DNA of 52,779 nucleotides from a virus (Duplodnaviria; Caudoviricetes): positions 1-52,779 of IMG/VR virus record IMGVR_UViG_3300014827_000174, one strand, 5' to 3'. The stretch's first letter is position 1; each line of letters opens with the position of its first letter. The notes below the pieces were generated by a model. That model did no database searches. It had not been told where the DNA came from and worked only from the letters and a program-made list of their open reading frames with translations. Shown here piece after piece: positions 10,345 through 19,821 of this stretch. The translations under genes were made by a program, and so were the position numbers.

Positions 10345-10682
10345 TACTTTATCAGTCCTTTCAAAACCATACTATAATAAAAAGTCCAGAGATTAGTTAA
10401 TGCAAAAAATACAAGAGTTACAGTTCCCGCTATAATCGCATTTTTTAGTTTGTTATACGTTTGCAAAGGTCGTTCGTTTATTTCTTTAACCTCGGTCGTT
10501 ACCTTTGCTAAATTAGTCGTAAGGATTTTTGTTGCTTCCAAAACCTTATCGACAGTGCCCTCCATTCTAATATTAGATTTCTCTATATCTACTAGACTTT
10601 TAGAGTGGCCTTTGTCATTATCCTTAAGTTCAGAACAATCATCCTCTACGTGCTTAAATCTTCGGTCAATGTCCTCTTCCAT
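10344..10682 (-). CDS. holin / XhlA-like protein
   Basis: N-terminal coiled coil plus C-terminal TM helix; stop overlaps the endolysin start (TAATG). Confidence 0.65.
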   Translation of the reverse strand: MEEDIDRRFKHVEDDCSELKDNDKGHSKSLVDIEKSNIRMEGTVDKVLEATKILTTNLAKVTTEVKEINERPLQTYNKLKNAIIAGTVTLVFFALTNLWTFYYSMVLKGLIK

Positions 10683-10744
10683 CCCAATACTTACCTCCTG
10701 TTTTCAGAAAACTTCTGCATCGGAGGGAAATACAATTTATTGTA

Positions 10745-10785
10745 TAACCCACAAGGGTACAGGGTGCGTACTACCTTGTGGGTTA
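10745..10785. other. strong hairpin upstream of the lysis genes
   Basis: taacccacaagg...ccttgtgggtta 12-bp perfect stem with inner gtac/gtac. Confidence 0.7.
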
Positions 10786-10806
10786 CCGTCCCGCAAGTGA
10801 TTTAGA

Positions 10807-10854
10807 TTACATGCCTACCACAGATACAACGGATAGCCATAACCACCACCACAT
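10807..10854 (-). CDS. 15-aa Trp-rich hydrophobic peptide (leader peptide or type I toxin candidate)
   Basis: Perfect AGGAGGTGAT RBS then MWWWLWLSVVSVVGM*. Confidence 0.55.
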   Translation of the reverse strand: MWWWLWLSVVSVVGM

Positions 10855-10937
10855 AAGATCACCTCCTAATAAAGAAGGGCAAAGAAAAAAGACTATCTCT
10901 AGTCCCTGCTTTACCCTTGTTCATTTAATTAGACTAC

Positions 10938-11096
10938 TTACATAGCAATTTGCGCTTCGGTCATTTGAGGAGTCGTTAAAATCATGTCGCATTCTGACTG
11001 GGTAATACGAGCTGGAACTTTACTTTGAAGATAAACTTCGTCTACTTTTCTCATAATCCAAAGATTGAGAATGAACGCATAAGCTGGACTTTGCAT
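10938..11096 (-). CDS. XkdX-like small phage protein (52 aa, not in ORF track)
   Basis: MQSPAYAFILNLWIMRKVDEVYLQSKVPARITQSECDMILTTPQ...; GAGGTGG RBS; usual position after tail fibre genes. Confidence 0.65.
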   Translation of the reverse strand: MQSPAYAFILNLWIMRKVDEVYLQSKVPARITQSECDMILTTPQMTEAQIAM

Positions 11097-11126
11097 TGAT
11101 ATTCACCACCTCTCATCGCTTCAACT

Positions 11127-11366
11127 CTACAGAAGCGTCATCATAAAATCCTCCAACGCTGATATTCGTTCTCCGTCAGAGGGAGGGGATACAGCTCTTG
11201 TTTGGGCGTTAAGGATAACTTGAAACTCAACGTCGGTTACTTCTTTTGCGTCGAGTTCGTCAGTTGTAAAACCAGCGCTCATAGCATTCGCAAGCTCCAT
11301 TTCCACGGTATTACAAGATGAAGAGGTTAGCACCCTTTTCGTGGCTATTTCGACGACGACGACCAT
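11127..11366 (-). CDS. small tail-associated protein (possible fibre chaperone)
   Basis: C-terminal PSDGERISALEDFMMTLL, typical of genes preceding XkdX. Confidence 0.6.
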   Translation of the reverse strand: MVVVVEIATKRVLTSSSCNTVEMELANAMSAGFTTDELDAKEVTDVEFQVILNAQTRAVSPPSDGERISALEDFMMTLL

Positions 11367-11379
11367 TGTAATTTCCTCC

Positions 11380-13938
11380 TTATTGGCCCCATACTTGAAG
11401 AGACATTTGAATCGTATCCGTGGGTATATAATAACTAGGGTTACCCTGTAAGTCCCAGTTTAAGGTGAACCCTGTCGCGTTAAATACAACCCCCGCTTCC
11501 GTAACAGCCATCCCTGAGTGCATTAGTATTATTCGTGCCGTATTTACAGCTGTATGGCTATCTCCAAATCTAAACCAACAGTTGTGCTGAACTCCGTCGA
11601 AAGAACCATCAGAATCATAGTAAGAGTTGGGACCAGCACCCGCCGTCAACGATGCTCTTATTCTTATGAAGGAAGGCGTAAACCCCGTTGTAAAAGCTTG
11701 GGCTCCCGTGGTATTCGTAGCGTGAGTTCCTGAACCACTCCAAACCCTACATAATATCTGAGAAGCCCCGTGAGTAGGGTTAGTCAAGAACATTTGTCCT
11801 GCGGATGAAGTCATCCTTATAGGAGAATCTATACCATCATTCGTTACGTCATGGAAGTCAATATATTTACCAATTTCCATAACACCGTCCGTTTTAACGA
11901 CGGGTATATGTGGCCAAGTACCCCCGTTTGCGCTAGTACCCCCTAGTCTAAATCCACCGAGCATGTCTGAATTTAGATTAGTATTTAGTACCCCATTTGA
12001 TACGGGTATATTTCCCGTTGCGTTCCCTGCCGCATATCCTCCGTGCAAGGCTGAGTTTAAATTAGGAACAACCGTGGTAGAGGTAACGATCAAGGGGGGC
12101 GTACCTATCGCGATATTACTGACTAATTGAGTCGTTGTGATGGTATCCGTGGCGCTAACTTTGCCGCCTACGGTTAACTTTGAAATCCCATCGGGAAGAG
12201 AGTTAATCCCAACGCCGTTACTTCTAAGAGCAAGCATCGGAATATAGGAATTAATGGCTTGGGATAATATCGTCGATAACGCGCCAAGAGTCCCCTCGAT
12301 AGCTATGCTCGCGGTGTCCTTAACCGTTAAAATATACGTTCCAATGGAAGTATCAAGTAACCCAGATAGCGTGGTCGTAAAGGTGAATGTTCCAGCTACC
12401 CAGCCCGAGTTTGTAACCGCCCCGCCATTATATTGATACGTTGGATTGGTTATCGTCAGCCCTGTTGTTATGCTTGTATTAAGCTTAATAAGCCCCGTTA
12501 TGATGGCTGTTGTTTGTGCCCTTTGAACAGGGATGACCAGGGGGGTAATCGTCCCATAAGTAATCGTTGAAGGGTTATAGTAATTCAACATTATCTGGGT
12601 GGCGCTGGCAGCTAAATAGTTCCCATAGGTGGCTTTTGATGTAACCCTGACGACGCAGGTAGACGATAGTGCAACCGCCGTTAGAAAAAAACTAGCCGTC
12701 AAAACCGATAAGTCTGTACAGCCTGTTACGTTGGTAAAAGCCCCGCCCGCTATACTAACCGCTACGTCATACTTGATTGCTGCTGCACCCAATTGGTCTG
12801 TGGCTGCATTCCAAGTTACCGTTATCGCCTTTCTATTCGGAATATAATACAGCGTTCCTCCGACGTTATAAGTTCCCGAGGTCACTAATCCCGGAGTGGT
12901 CCACAGGGGGTTTACCCGAAGATCAACCGCAATCGTTTTTGTAGACGTACCCGAACTCCCGAAGGCGTTTGTTGTGGTAAGGGTGAAACTTAAATTCCCC
13001 ACATAATTTGAACCGCTAAATAGAGCCTTAAGTTCCGTCATGCTAATAGGGATGGTCACTGCTCCCGCCGTAACGGTTATGGGATTAGTAATCGTTATTC
13101 CTAAACAAGCGAGGCTATAAGTAAACGCCGTACTCCCCTGAGTATTTGCCGCTCCGGTTACCGTAAGGGCTAGCGATGTTGCCCCGAAAGTAAGGCTCGC
13201 GGAACTTCCTAAAGTAGCCGGTGTGAATGTATTCTTGGTAATAAACCCAGAAAAGAGAAAGCCCGATTGTGCCGCACTGGTATCGAAACAACTTACGGCG
13301 TACCGCACTTGATGGCCCTGAGCTAGAGAGGAAATATTGTCCGTATAAGTTGGGGTTCCAACGGATATTCCGCTAGCTATTACAGGCCATGATCCGCTTT
13401 GATCCGTTTCTTTCTGGACCGTATAAGTAACCGTTGATTCGTTATCATTAGCGCCCCATCCATTCAGGGTAACGCTTGATAAGTTTTCTGCCACTATACC
13501 TGCAACGGGGTTGAGAGTGATGGAGCCTAACATTTGAGGAGCAGTGTTCCACACTGACACGGTAACCGATCCTCCAACAGTCGCATTAGGAGAAGTGGCA
13601 CCCCCGTTATTACAGTACCATTCTACGCTTGCTGAATAAGTCCCTCCCCCAGAACCCGCGCCAACTGAGGTGTCGATGATGGCGGTTCTAGTTTCATTGA
13701 GTCCCCAAGTATTTCCTCCTCCGAAACCAACCCAACCGGAGGTTGTACCGTTGACTGTAACCCTAGCCAACATATACGTGCCGTAACCAAAACTACCTTC
13801 TGTCATTTTCAAGGTTACTTCAAAATGATGGTTTACAACTGATCCGTTTCTTCCACTTTGCCAGTATCCAATACCATGGTTCCAGTCTGGTGCCCCAGAG
13901 TTTACTGTGTTTACGGAATAATTATTTAAATCACCCAT
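11380..13938 (-). CDS. tail tip / receptor-binding protein with FN3/Ig-like beta domains
   Basis: Thr/Ser/Gly-rich beta domains, ITVTWNAATD FN3-like segment, NLNS fibre motifs; last large tail gene. Confidence 0.75.
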   Translation of the reverse strand: MGDLNNYSVNTVNSGAPDWNHGIGYWQSGRNGSVVNHHFEVTLKMTEGSFGYGTYMLARVTVNGTTSGWVGFGGGNTWGLNETRTAIIDTSVGAGSGGGTYSASVEWYCNNGGATSPNATVGGSVTVSVWNTAPQMLGSITLNPVAGIVAENLSSVTLNGWGANDNESTVTYTVQKETDQSGSWPVIASGISVGTPTYTDNISSLAQGHQVRYAVSCFDTSAAQSGFLFSGFITKNTFTPATLGSSASLTFGATSLALTVTGAANTQGSTAFTYSLACLGITITNPITVTAGAVTIPISMTELKALFSGSNYVGNLSFTLTTTNAFGSSGTSTKTIAVDLRVNPLWTTPGLVTSGTYNVGGTLYYIPNRKAITVTWNAATDQLGAAAIKYDVAVSIAGGAFTNVTGCTDLSVLTASFFLTAVALSSTCVVRVTSKATYGNYLAASATQIMLNYYNPSTITYGTITPLVIPVQRAQTTAIITGLIKLNTSITTGLTITNPTYQYNGGAVTNSGWVAGTFTFTTTLSGLLDTSIGTYILTVKDTASIAIEGTLGALSTILSQAINSYIPMLALRSNGVGINSLPDGISKLTVGGKVSATDTITTTQLVSNIAIGTPPLIVTSTTVVPNLNSALHGGYAAGNATGNIPVSNGVLNTNLNSDMLGGFRLGGTSANGGTWPHIPVVKTDGVMEIGKYIDFHDVTNDGIDSPIRMTSSAGQMFLTNPTHGASQILCRVWSGSGTHATNTTGAQAFTTGFTPSFIRIRASLTAGAGPNSYYDSDGSFDGVQHNCWFRFGDSHTAVNTARIILMHSGMAVTEAGVVFNATGFTLNWDLQGNPSYYIPTDTIQMSLQVWGQ

Positions 13939-13953
13939 TAAGTTTCACCTCCT

Positions 13954-15375
13954 CTAAAACATAAAATCTACGCCGTCCGCCCTTTTTTGAATAAACATAT
14001 TACCCATGATTATCTTGTCGTTAACTTTCATCTGTCCGTCAATAACGACCGAAACATCGTTTGCCGTTCCTTGTTTAGCAAAAATGAAGTCGTCAGCAAT
14101 GGCGCTGTTTGACTGTAATAACAAGGCGCTTGTTACAGGGTCTTTCTTGACATTGAAGCCGTTATTATACATCTCAATTAGATTCGCGTTGGCGATATCA
14201 TTGGGGAATATTACGTTTGAGTTCGCGTCCTTAGATATTTCCAGCCTTGCCATAATGGTGGCTTTACTAAGGGCGGGGTTGAATACCATCGACGTCCCGA
14301 TGCTTACAGGGTTGTTGAAAGTACAGGCGGCCTCGTCAATACCAACGATAAGCGAAGCGTCATTATTGGAGTTCATATGAATTGAGCCCGAAGTCGTGTT
14401 TGTGTCGACAATATGGATATTTCCAACGTGCAAAGCGCCTGAAAATGTTCCCCCGAAGTTACCCGTGAGAGCCGTCATCGTACCGTCTTGCTGTACCCTG
14501 AACGGAGCGATTTCTTTGTTAGCCTCGATATCTCCCGCCCATATTCTCACGGGATTCAAACCGGTCATATCGGTTGTCATACCCGCGTTGGGTAAGACTA
14601 CTTTACCCCGAACGATCGCGGTATTGATTTCAGCGTTTCCGTTTTGGAGAAGTTGCCAACCCGCTACGCCAGCGGCGTAATTAATTGACTGTACATTGCC
14701 CGCGAGTGTAACTGATCCCTCAGAACCTACTACAAATGTTTGATCGTTATTCGCATTGGTAATGATTAAGCCCTTAGCATTCATCTTATCGGCTGTTACT
14801 GCTCCTACTGCAATACTTTCAGCCAGAATTGATCCGACTAATATCTCTGCGGCGGTGATACTTCCGGCCATTATTTCATTGGCAGTGATACTTTTTGCGG
14901 CGATCTCTCTGGCTGTTATTGCATCAATAACCATTTTGTCCCCGGTGATCGTTCCAGCACAAATAGCGCCTACTCCGATGGCATCCGCTGCGATTGAACC
15001 TGCGGTAATTGATCCAACGGCCATTTGATCCGCAGTAATACAACCCGTTGCCAGAGCATCTGTTGTGATGGCGTTTGCGGCGATTGCATTGGCTACTATT
15101 GAACCGGGAACGATTAGATCCCCATCGATCACCGTTGAGTTGGGAACAGTGATGGCAATTCCTAGCTTATTCAAAAAAACCAAGCAATCTGAATCTGTTA
15201 AAGTTGGGTAGGCATCAGATACCACTAAGATTGTTGGAGTTGCCGCTAACCAATAGACATAATGATAGTCTGTGTGTCCATCAGGAAGGCCATAGGAAAC
15301 TCCCTTATAAACCATCGTTAATCCTGCCCATTGGATTTCTAAGGATGTGGGCATATGATTTGCAATCGTGTACAA
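13954..15375 (-). CDS. tail fibre protein C (N-terminal 'socket' domain + 10-residue repeats)
   Basis: IxAxxITAxx repeats; N-terminal domain paralogous to that of 15417..16790; TTG start after AAGGAG. Confidence 0.75.
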   Translation of the reverse strand: MYTIANHMPTSLEIQWAGLTMVYKGVSYGLPDGHTDYHYVYWLAATPTILVVSDAYPTLTDSDCLVFLNKLGIAITVPNSTVIDGDLIVPGSIVANAIAANAITTDALATGCITADQMAVGSITAGSIAADAIGVGAICAGTITGDKMVIDAITAREIAAKSITANEIMAGSITAAEILVGSILAESIAVGAVTADKMNAKGLIITNANNDQTFVVGSEGSVTLAGNVQSINYAAGVAGWQLLQNGNAEINTAIVRGKVVLPNAGMTTDMTGLNPVRIWAGDIEANKEIAPFRVQQDGTMTALTGNFGGTFSGALHVGNIHIVDTNTTSGSIHMNSNNDASLIVGIDEAACTFNNPVSIGTSMVFNPALSKATIMARLEISKDANSNVIFPNDIANANLIEMYNNGFNVKKDPVTSALLLQSNSAIADDFIFAKQGTANDVSVVIDGQMKVNDKIIMGNMFIQKRADGVDFMF

Positions 15376-15405
15376 ATTTAATCATCTCCTTTTGAGAAAG
15401 CAAGA

Positions 15406-15437
15406 GCGAAACATTTCTACATAAGTAGATGTTTCGC
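15406..15437 (-). other. hairpin enclosing the stop codon of fibre gene B
   Basis: gcgaaacat...atgtttcgc 9-bp stem with inner ctac/gtag. Confidence 0.6.
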
Positions 15438-16790
15438 CATGTTTAAACGATCCGATGCAACCGATCCTGCTCCGATTTGTGTTCCTGTCACCGTGCCATT
15501 GACTAAGTTTGCCCCGGTAATTGTCGTTCCTGCGATCTTTGCCCCGGTTACGGCATTGGAGGCTATTTCCGTTCCTGTTACTGCGTTTGCCGCAATCGTT
15601 GCCGTTGTGATTTGATTGGCTCCAATGGCAGCGGTTAATACAGCCCCCGCTCCTATTTTAGTAGCGATAACTGCTCCTGCCCCTAAAGCCGTCGCATCAA
15701 CATTTCCTGCTAAAATTTTTGCCGAAGTAACTGCTCCTGCTCCCAAAGCTGTAGCGGTAACTGCCCCTACTCCTAGCCCGGCGGCAACTACTGCCCCGGC
15801 ACCTATCCCTGCGGCGACAATTGCCCCCGCTCCGATAGCACCCGCAAGAACTGCTCCTGTAGCAATTTTAGTTGAAATAACCGCATTTGCCCCTAGTTCA
15901 TTGGCTGTAATGGCCCCGGTATTTATTGCTGCTGTATTGACGACACTTGCCGCAAATTGAGCTGACGCAGAAATGCCTCCTGTGGCAATTTTTCCTGCGA
16001 TAATTGCGCCTGATCCGATAGCGCCTGAATCAACGACGCCTGCCGTGAATTGATTGGCTGCTGAAACCCCCCCGACAGCAATCTTTCCTGCGATAACGGC
16101 CCCTGCTCCAATTTCTAAAGACCCTACTGCCCCAGTCGCAATTAAGGCTGTTGTTATTTGATCGGCCCCAATGGCCGCCGTTAATACGGCGCCTGCTCCT
16201 ATTCCATTTGCGATAACCGCCCCGGTTGAAATATGCGTTGATGTTATGGCATTTCCTGCAATATTTAAGGAACCGATCCCACCCGTTTTGACTTCACTTC
16301 CACTAACCGTTCCGTCAAGTAAAGCAGAGCCTGTACTCATTTGTCCCATAACTGTACTATGTTTTCCACCATCATTAATGAAGACTAAAACATCATCTTC
16401 AGTCAAAGTCGGCTTAATAGCACTTGTTAAGAAGGTTGTTTTATCTGCTTGAAGCAGTGTCCAATAAATAAATTTATTGGCTGAGTTTCCGTCTATGATC
16501 GCATAATTAATCCCTTTAAAAACCACATTACATGCAGCCCAAGCAACTGATCCCACAATTGGCATATTATCTGCGATGGTATAACCGTCTAATTGATGCC
16601 TCGGCAGATTTAAGTCTCTACTTCCAAATTTTCCAGTCTGGCCTGCTTTTGTGTAAAGACAATCCAATCTGTACTCGATGTCATGGAGAATACTTTTGAA
16701 CTTGAAATCCATCGCGTGATTGATTGATTTCGTGACCAACACTTCTAACTGTTTAATTTTTGAGTTTCTTCTCACACGTTTCATCAACAA
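15417..16790 (-). CDS. tail fibre protein B (propeptide-like N-terminus, 'socket' domain, Gly/Ala 10-residue repeats, C-terminal 'plug')
   Basis: Long IGAGAVxAxK repeat tract; shares motifs with both neighbours. Confidence 0.75.
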   Translation of the reverse strand: MLMKRVRRNSKIKQLEVLVTKSINHAMDFKFKSILHDIEYRLDCLYTKAGQTGKFGSRDLNLPRHQLDGYTIADNMPIVGSVAWAACNVVFKGINYAIIDGNSANKFIYWTLLQADKTTFLTSAIKPTLTEDDVLVFINDGGKHSTVMGQMSTGSALLDGTVSGSEVKTGGIGSLNIAGNAITSTHISTGAVIANGIGAGAVLTAAIGADQITTALIATGAVGSLEIGAGAVIAGKIAVGGVSAANQFTAGVVDSGAIGSGAIIAGKIATGGISASAQFAASVVNTAAINTGAITANELGANAVISTKIATGAVLAGAIGAGAIVAAGIGAGAVVAAGLGVGAVTATALGAGAVTSAKILAGNVDATALGAGAVIATKIGAGAVLTAAIGANQITTATIAANAVTGTEIASNAVTGAKIAGTTITGANLVNGTVTGTQIGAGSVASDRLNMAKHLLM

Positions 16791-16801
16791 ATCCCTCTTT
16801 C

Positions 16802-19126
16802 TTAAACCAAGATATGTTTCGCAAGATTTAGCTTATTAGCCGCAATAGCTCCTAAAGCTAATTTATTGTCAGTGACTATGCCATCTTTTAATTGTGTCGC
16901 CGTAATGGCTCCAACAGCAATATTTCCAGTATGAACGGCGCCTGCCGCAAGATTCGCGGTATCAATTTGACCTGCTCCTATTTGAGTCCCGTTAATTGTT
17001 CCAACCGTAATATTCGCAGCATGAAGATTTATGACATCAATCTCACCGCAATCAATCGTTCCTGCTGTAATCTTAGAAGCGGTTAGATCCACGATTTTTC
17101 CGTCAGTAATACTTGAATCGGCAATTTGCACCGTTCCGATGGCTCCGTTTTTGATAAGTGCTGTGGTAATGGCGCCTAACTTAATCTGGGCTGTATCTAC
17201 CGCTAGGAGGGCTATTTGAGCACTATCTACCGCCAGTAAACCGATCTTTGCATTCGTTATACTCGCATTGGCTATATCGGCAGTTCCTACCACGAGTTTG
17301 TCAATCGAGGCGCGGTCAATCTTGCCGTTAGTTATTTGAGCATCGCCAATTTTCGCGGTTGTAATCGTGGCATTGGCGATCTTGGCCGAGTCCACAGCTA
17401 GATTATCGATCTTAGCATTCGTAATAGCAGCACTTGCTATTTGAGCTGAACCAACCGCTAAATTATTAATCTTACCCGTGGTCACCGCAAGGTCGTTAAT
17501 GACAGCACTCGTAACCGCGAGCAATCCGATTTTCGCCGTGGTTATATTTGCATCAGCTATCTTTGCTGTTATGATTGCAGCATCTTGAATATTGGCGCTG
17601 CCTAGAATATCAATTTGATCAGCAGCAATCGTAATGGTTTCAGCCGATAAGTTAATCGCCTTTATGATTTGGGCCGGGTCTACTTTGGAATCAGCGGTTT
17701 GCTTTGCTATATCCGCGAGGGACTTAGCCTTCAATGCTATAGCGTTCAAGAGGTTAGAACGCGCATCGTAATAAGCCGTAAACGCGGCCCTAAGTTCCGT
17801 TCCTACCATATCTGTCGTGATAGTCAGGTCGGTAATTAGCGGCACGATATAGGCGCTTAAGGCAAAGTATGAATTGTCATATGGGGTCTTTTCGGTGATA
17901 CCTATGAAGGTGTCCGCTTGATGGTCATTGATCGCCACCTCGGATACTATGGCATCGAATTCTTTCTTGATCGCCTGTTTTTCTTGGGAGGTTAACTTAT
18001 TATCGTTTGATAAATCGGCTAGTATGGCACTAGAGACTGAGGCATCAATGACTGATTGTTGCCATACCGTTTTATCCGCTACTACGGTATCAGTTAGGAC
18101 CGCGATAGAGTTCTCAATATTCGTCATCGAGCTCATTAAGTTCTTTTGGAAACTACCCAGCTCAATCTTTTCGATTCGCGCGGTTAGGTCGTTTCTAATA
18201 ATAGAGATTACTTTACACTTCAGGTCAAGCATCAACTTCAGGTGTCTTACCATGACGGTATCGCCAATCGCTACGCTTTCAAGTACAGAGTAGTTTTTGT
18301 ACTCCTGAGTCTTAGAAAGTTCCAAGAAGTCTACCGTATAGTTGACCAGAGGAATATCACATAATGTATTAACAAAATAGGCTTGAGCGGCAGTTCTGAG
18401 GTCAACTTCTAAGTCTACAGCAAAGGATACTTCTTTGATCTTGGGATTGGCGAATAGGCCAATGCTAGGACTATCAACATATCTTTCAGGAAGTAGTAAC
18501 CCATTATTTCCAACGGGATATATTCTAGTGACGAGACTACCAAAATCAATGACCTCATCGATTCCAATAATGTTCTTCCCGTAGGATACCAAAACACCTT
18601 GATCAATTCCTCTAGCAACGAGTAGCTTTATCAAGAAGTTATCCCGTACAAGTTCCCCACCCCAGAGTGCTATAATGCCGTCTTTTGCCATGATTGCGTC
18701 AACGGGGTTTCTTTTGGTAAATTGTTTTGTCTGTACCCCTCCCACATCACCTGAACTTATGAAGGGATGGGTGTATTGAGTATGAGTCAGGATCCAACCA
18801 AGAGCGCCAGACCCCGATTGATCCGTCGGCGTGACGTCTTCTAAAAAGTTGTCTGCTAGGTCGTAGAATATATGCCGAGCATTTGTTTGGATACCGGAGA
18901 GCGTTTTGGATTTATGATAGATTCTAAACAACTGTCCGTCTGCGTTTTTGACGATATTTCCTTCGACGATGAACTGCCATTTACCCCTATTATCCAGCGG
19001 ATACTCAAACGCAACTTCGTACAGGTCGTTGAACCGCTCCGTCGTCAGAAAGGACTTGCAGTCAGAAAGAACTGCAAGCCCGTTTGTAGCAAAATTGGTT
19101 TCCGTAGGCAAGTATATGCAAATCAT
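16802..19126 (-). CDS. Tal-like minor structural/tail spike protein with repeat extension (fibre protein A)
   Basis: N-terminal phage minor structural domain (NGLAVL...FEYP, WGGELVRDNF, VTRIYPVG); ITTAKIxxxA repeats; ATG overlaps the Dit stop (TAATG at 19126). Confidence 0.85.
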   Translation of the reverse strand: MICIYLPTETNFATNGLAVLSDCKSFLTTERFNDLYEVAFEYPLDNRGKWQFIVEGNIVKNADGQLFRIYHKSKTLSGIQTNARHIFYDLADNFLEDVTPTDQSGSGALGWILTHTQYTHPFISSGDVGGVQTKQFTKRNPVDAIMAKDGIIALWGGELVRDNFLIKLLVARGIDQGVLVSYGKNIIGIDEVIDFGSLVTRIYPVGNNGLLLPERYVDSPSIGLFANPKIKEVSFAVDLEVDLRTAAQAYFVNTLCDIPLVNYTVDFLELSKTQEYKNYSVLESVAIGDTVMVRHLKLMLDLKCKVISIIRNDLTARIEKIELGSFQKNLMSSMTNIENSIAVLTDTVVADKTVWQQSVIDASVSSAILADLSNDNKLTSQEKQAIKKEFDAIVSEVAINDHQADTFIGITEKTPYDNSYFALSAYIVPLITDLTITTDMVGTELRAAFTAYYDARSNLLNAIALKAKSLADIAKQTADSKVDPAQIIKAINLSAETITIAADQIDILGSANIQDAAIITAKIADANITTAKIGLLAVTSAVINDLAVTTGKINNLAVGSAQIASAAITNAKIDNLAVDSAKIANATITTAKIGDAQITNGKIDRASIDKLVVGTADIANASITNAKIGLLAVDSAQIALLAVDTAQIKLGAITTALIKNGAIGTVQIADSSITDGKIVDLTASKITAGTIDCGEIDVINLHAANITVGTINGTQIGAGQIDTANLAAGAVHTGNIAVGAITATQLKDGIVTDNKLALGAIAANKLNLAKHILV

Positions 19127-19821
19127 TAAAGCCACCTCCAGTTCGGCGTAACCTGAACTGAAGTCACTGTACCCATCCAACTGATCGTATTATTGCCCGG
19201 TACTAATACCGGAAAATCACCCGCCATTTTATTATTTTGTAGTACCGAGTCATTGTACGCATCACGTAGAACGCTATCTATTGTGATAGAACCAACGACG
19301 CTTACCAAATTTACAGCCGTACCGTTTATCATCAATGTGATATTCCCACTACCCGTAACAATTATGACGGGTTCACTTGCAGCCGTTCCGGGGTTGATTA
19401 ATACTCCTGCGTTGGCAAGGGCTAGGGGTGTGTTACTCGTTGAATATTTGAAGGGTTTACATCTGAAGTTAACCGTGAAGCGTCCAAACACTTTCCACTC
19501 TTGAGCAATATCGAATTGATCTGAAACGTGGGCAAGATAATATTTATCCGGCTGATTGCTGAGTATTAAAGGCCCTTCTCCCCCGTCAAGCCAAGCTTTG
19601 ATCACATCCGCCTTGTCAGCAACACCGTCATCCTTGAAGCCGCATTTGAAAGGTATAATAATATCTTTGTAGGTTAAGTCATCCACTCTGAGGCTTCCGT
19701 TTCTACCAGGCACCTCAATGTAATTAATGTTCCTTGCGGGCTTAGGGATAACAGGACGTTTCTCGATTAGAATTCCATAGTCTAGAAAGCTGTCCTTAGA
19801 TATAAAATTAAAACCGTACAC
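19126..19821 (-). CDS. distal tail protein (Dit)
   Basis: IEVPGRNGSL, FRCKPFKY, FPVLVPGNNTISW; follows the tape measure. Confidence 0.85.
   Translation of the reverse strand: MYGFNFISKDSFLDYGILIEKRPVIPKPARNINYIEVPGRNGSLRVDDLTYKDIIIPFKCGFKDDGVADKADVIKAWLDGGEGPLILSNQPDKYYLAHVSDQFDIAQEWKVFGRFTVNFRCKPFKYSTSNTPLALANAGVLINPGTAASEPVIIVTGSGNITLMINGTAVNLVSVVGSITIDSVLRDAYNDSVLQNNKMAGDFPVLVPGNNTISWMGTVTSVQVTPNWRWL

Noticed and set aside
11380-13938. Diversity-generating retroelement or shufflon acting on the receptor-binding protein
   Set aside because: No reverse transcriptase, template/variable repeat pair or invertible cassettes seen
15375-15419. Stop read-through fusing fibre B to C
   Set aside because: C is in a different frame and another in-frame TAA follows; no slippery site seen
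15480-16260. 30-nt periodicity as a CRISPR or non-coding array
   Set aside because: Repeats are degenerate at DNA level and explained by 10-residue protein repeats; no spacers or cas genes
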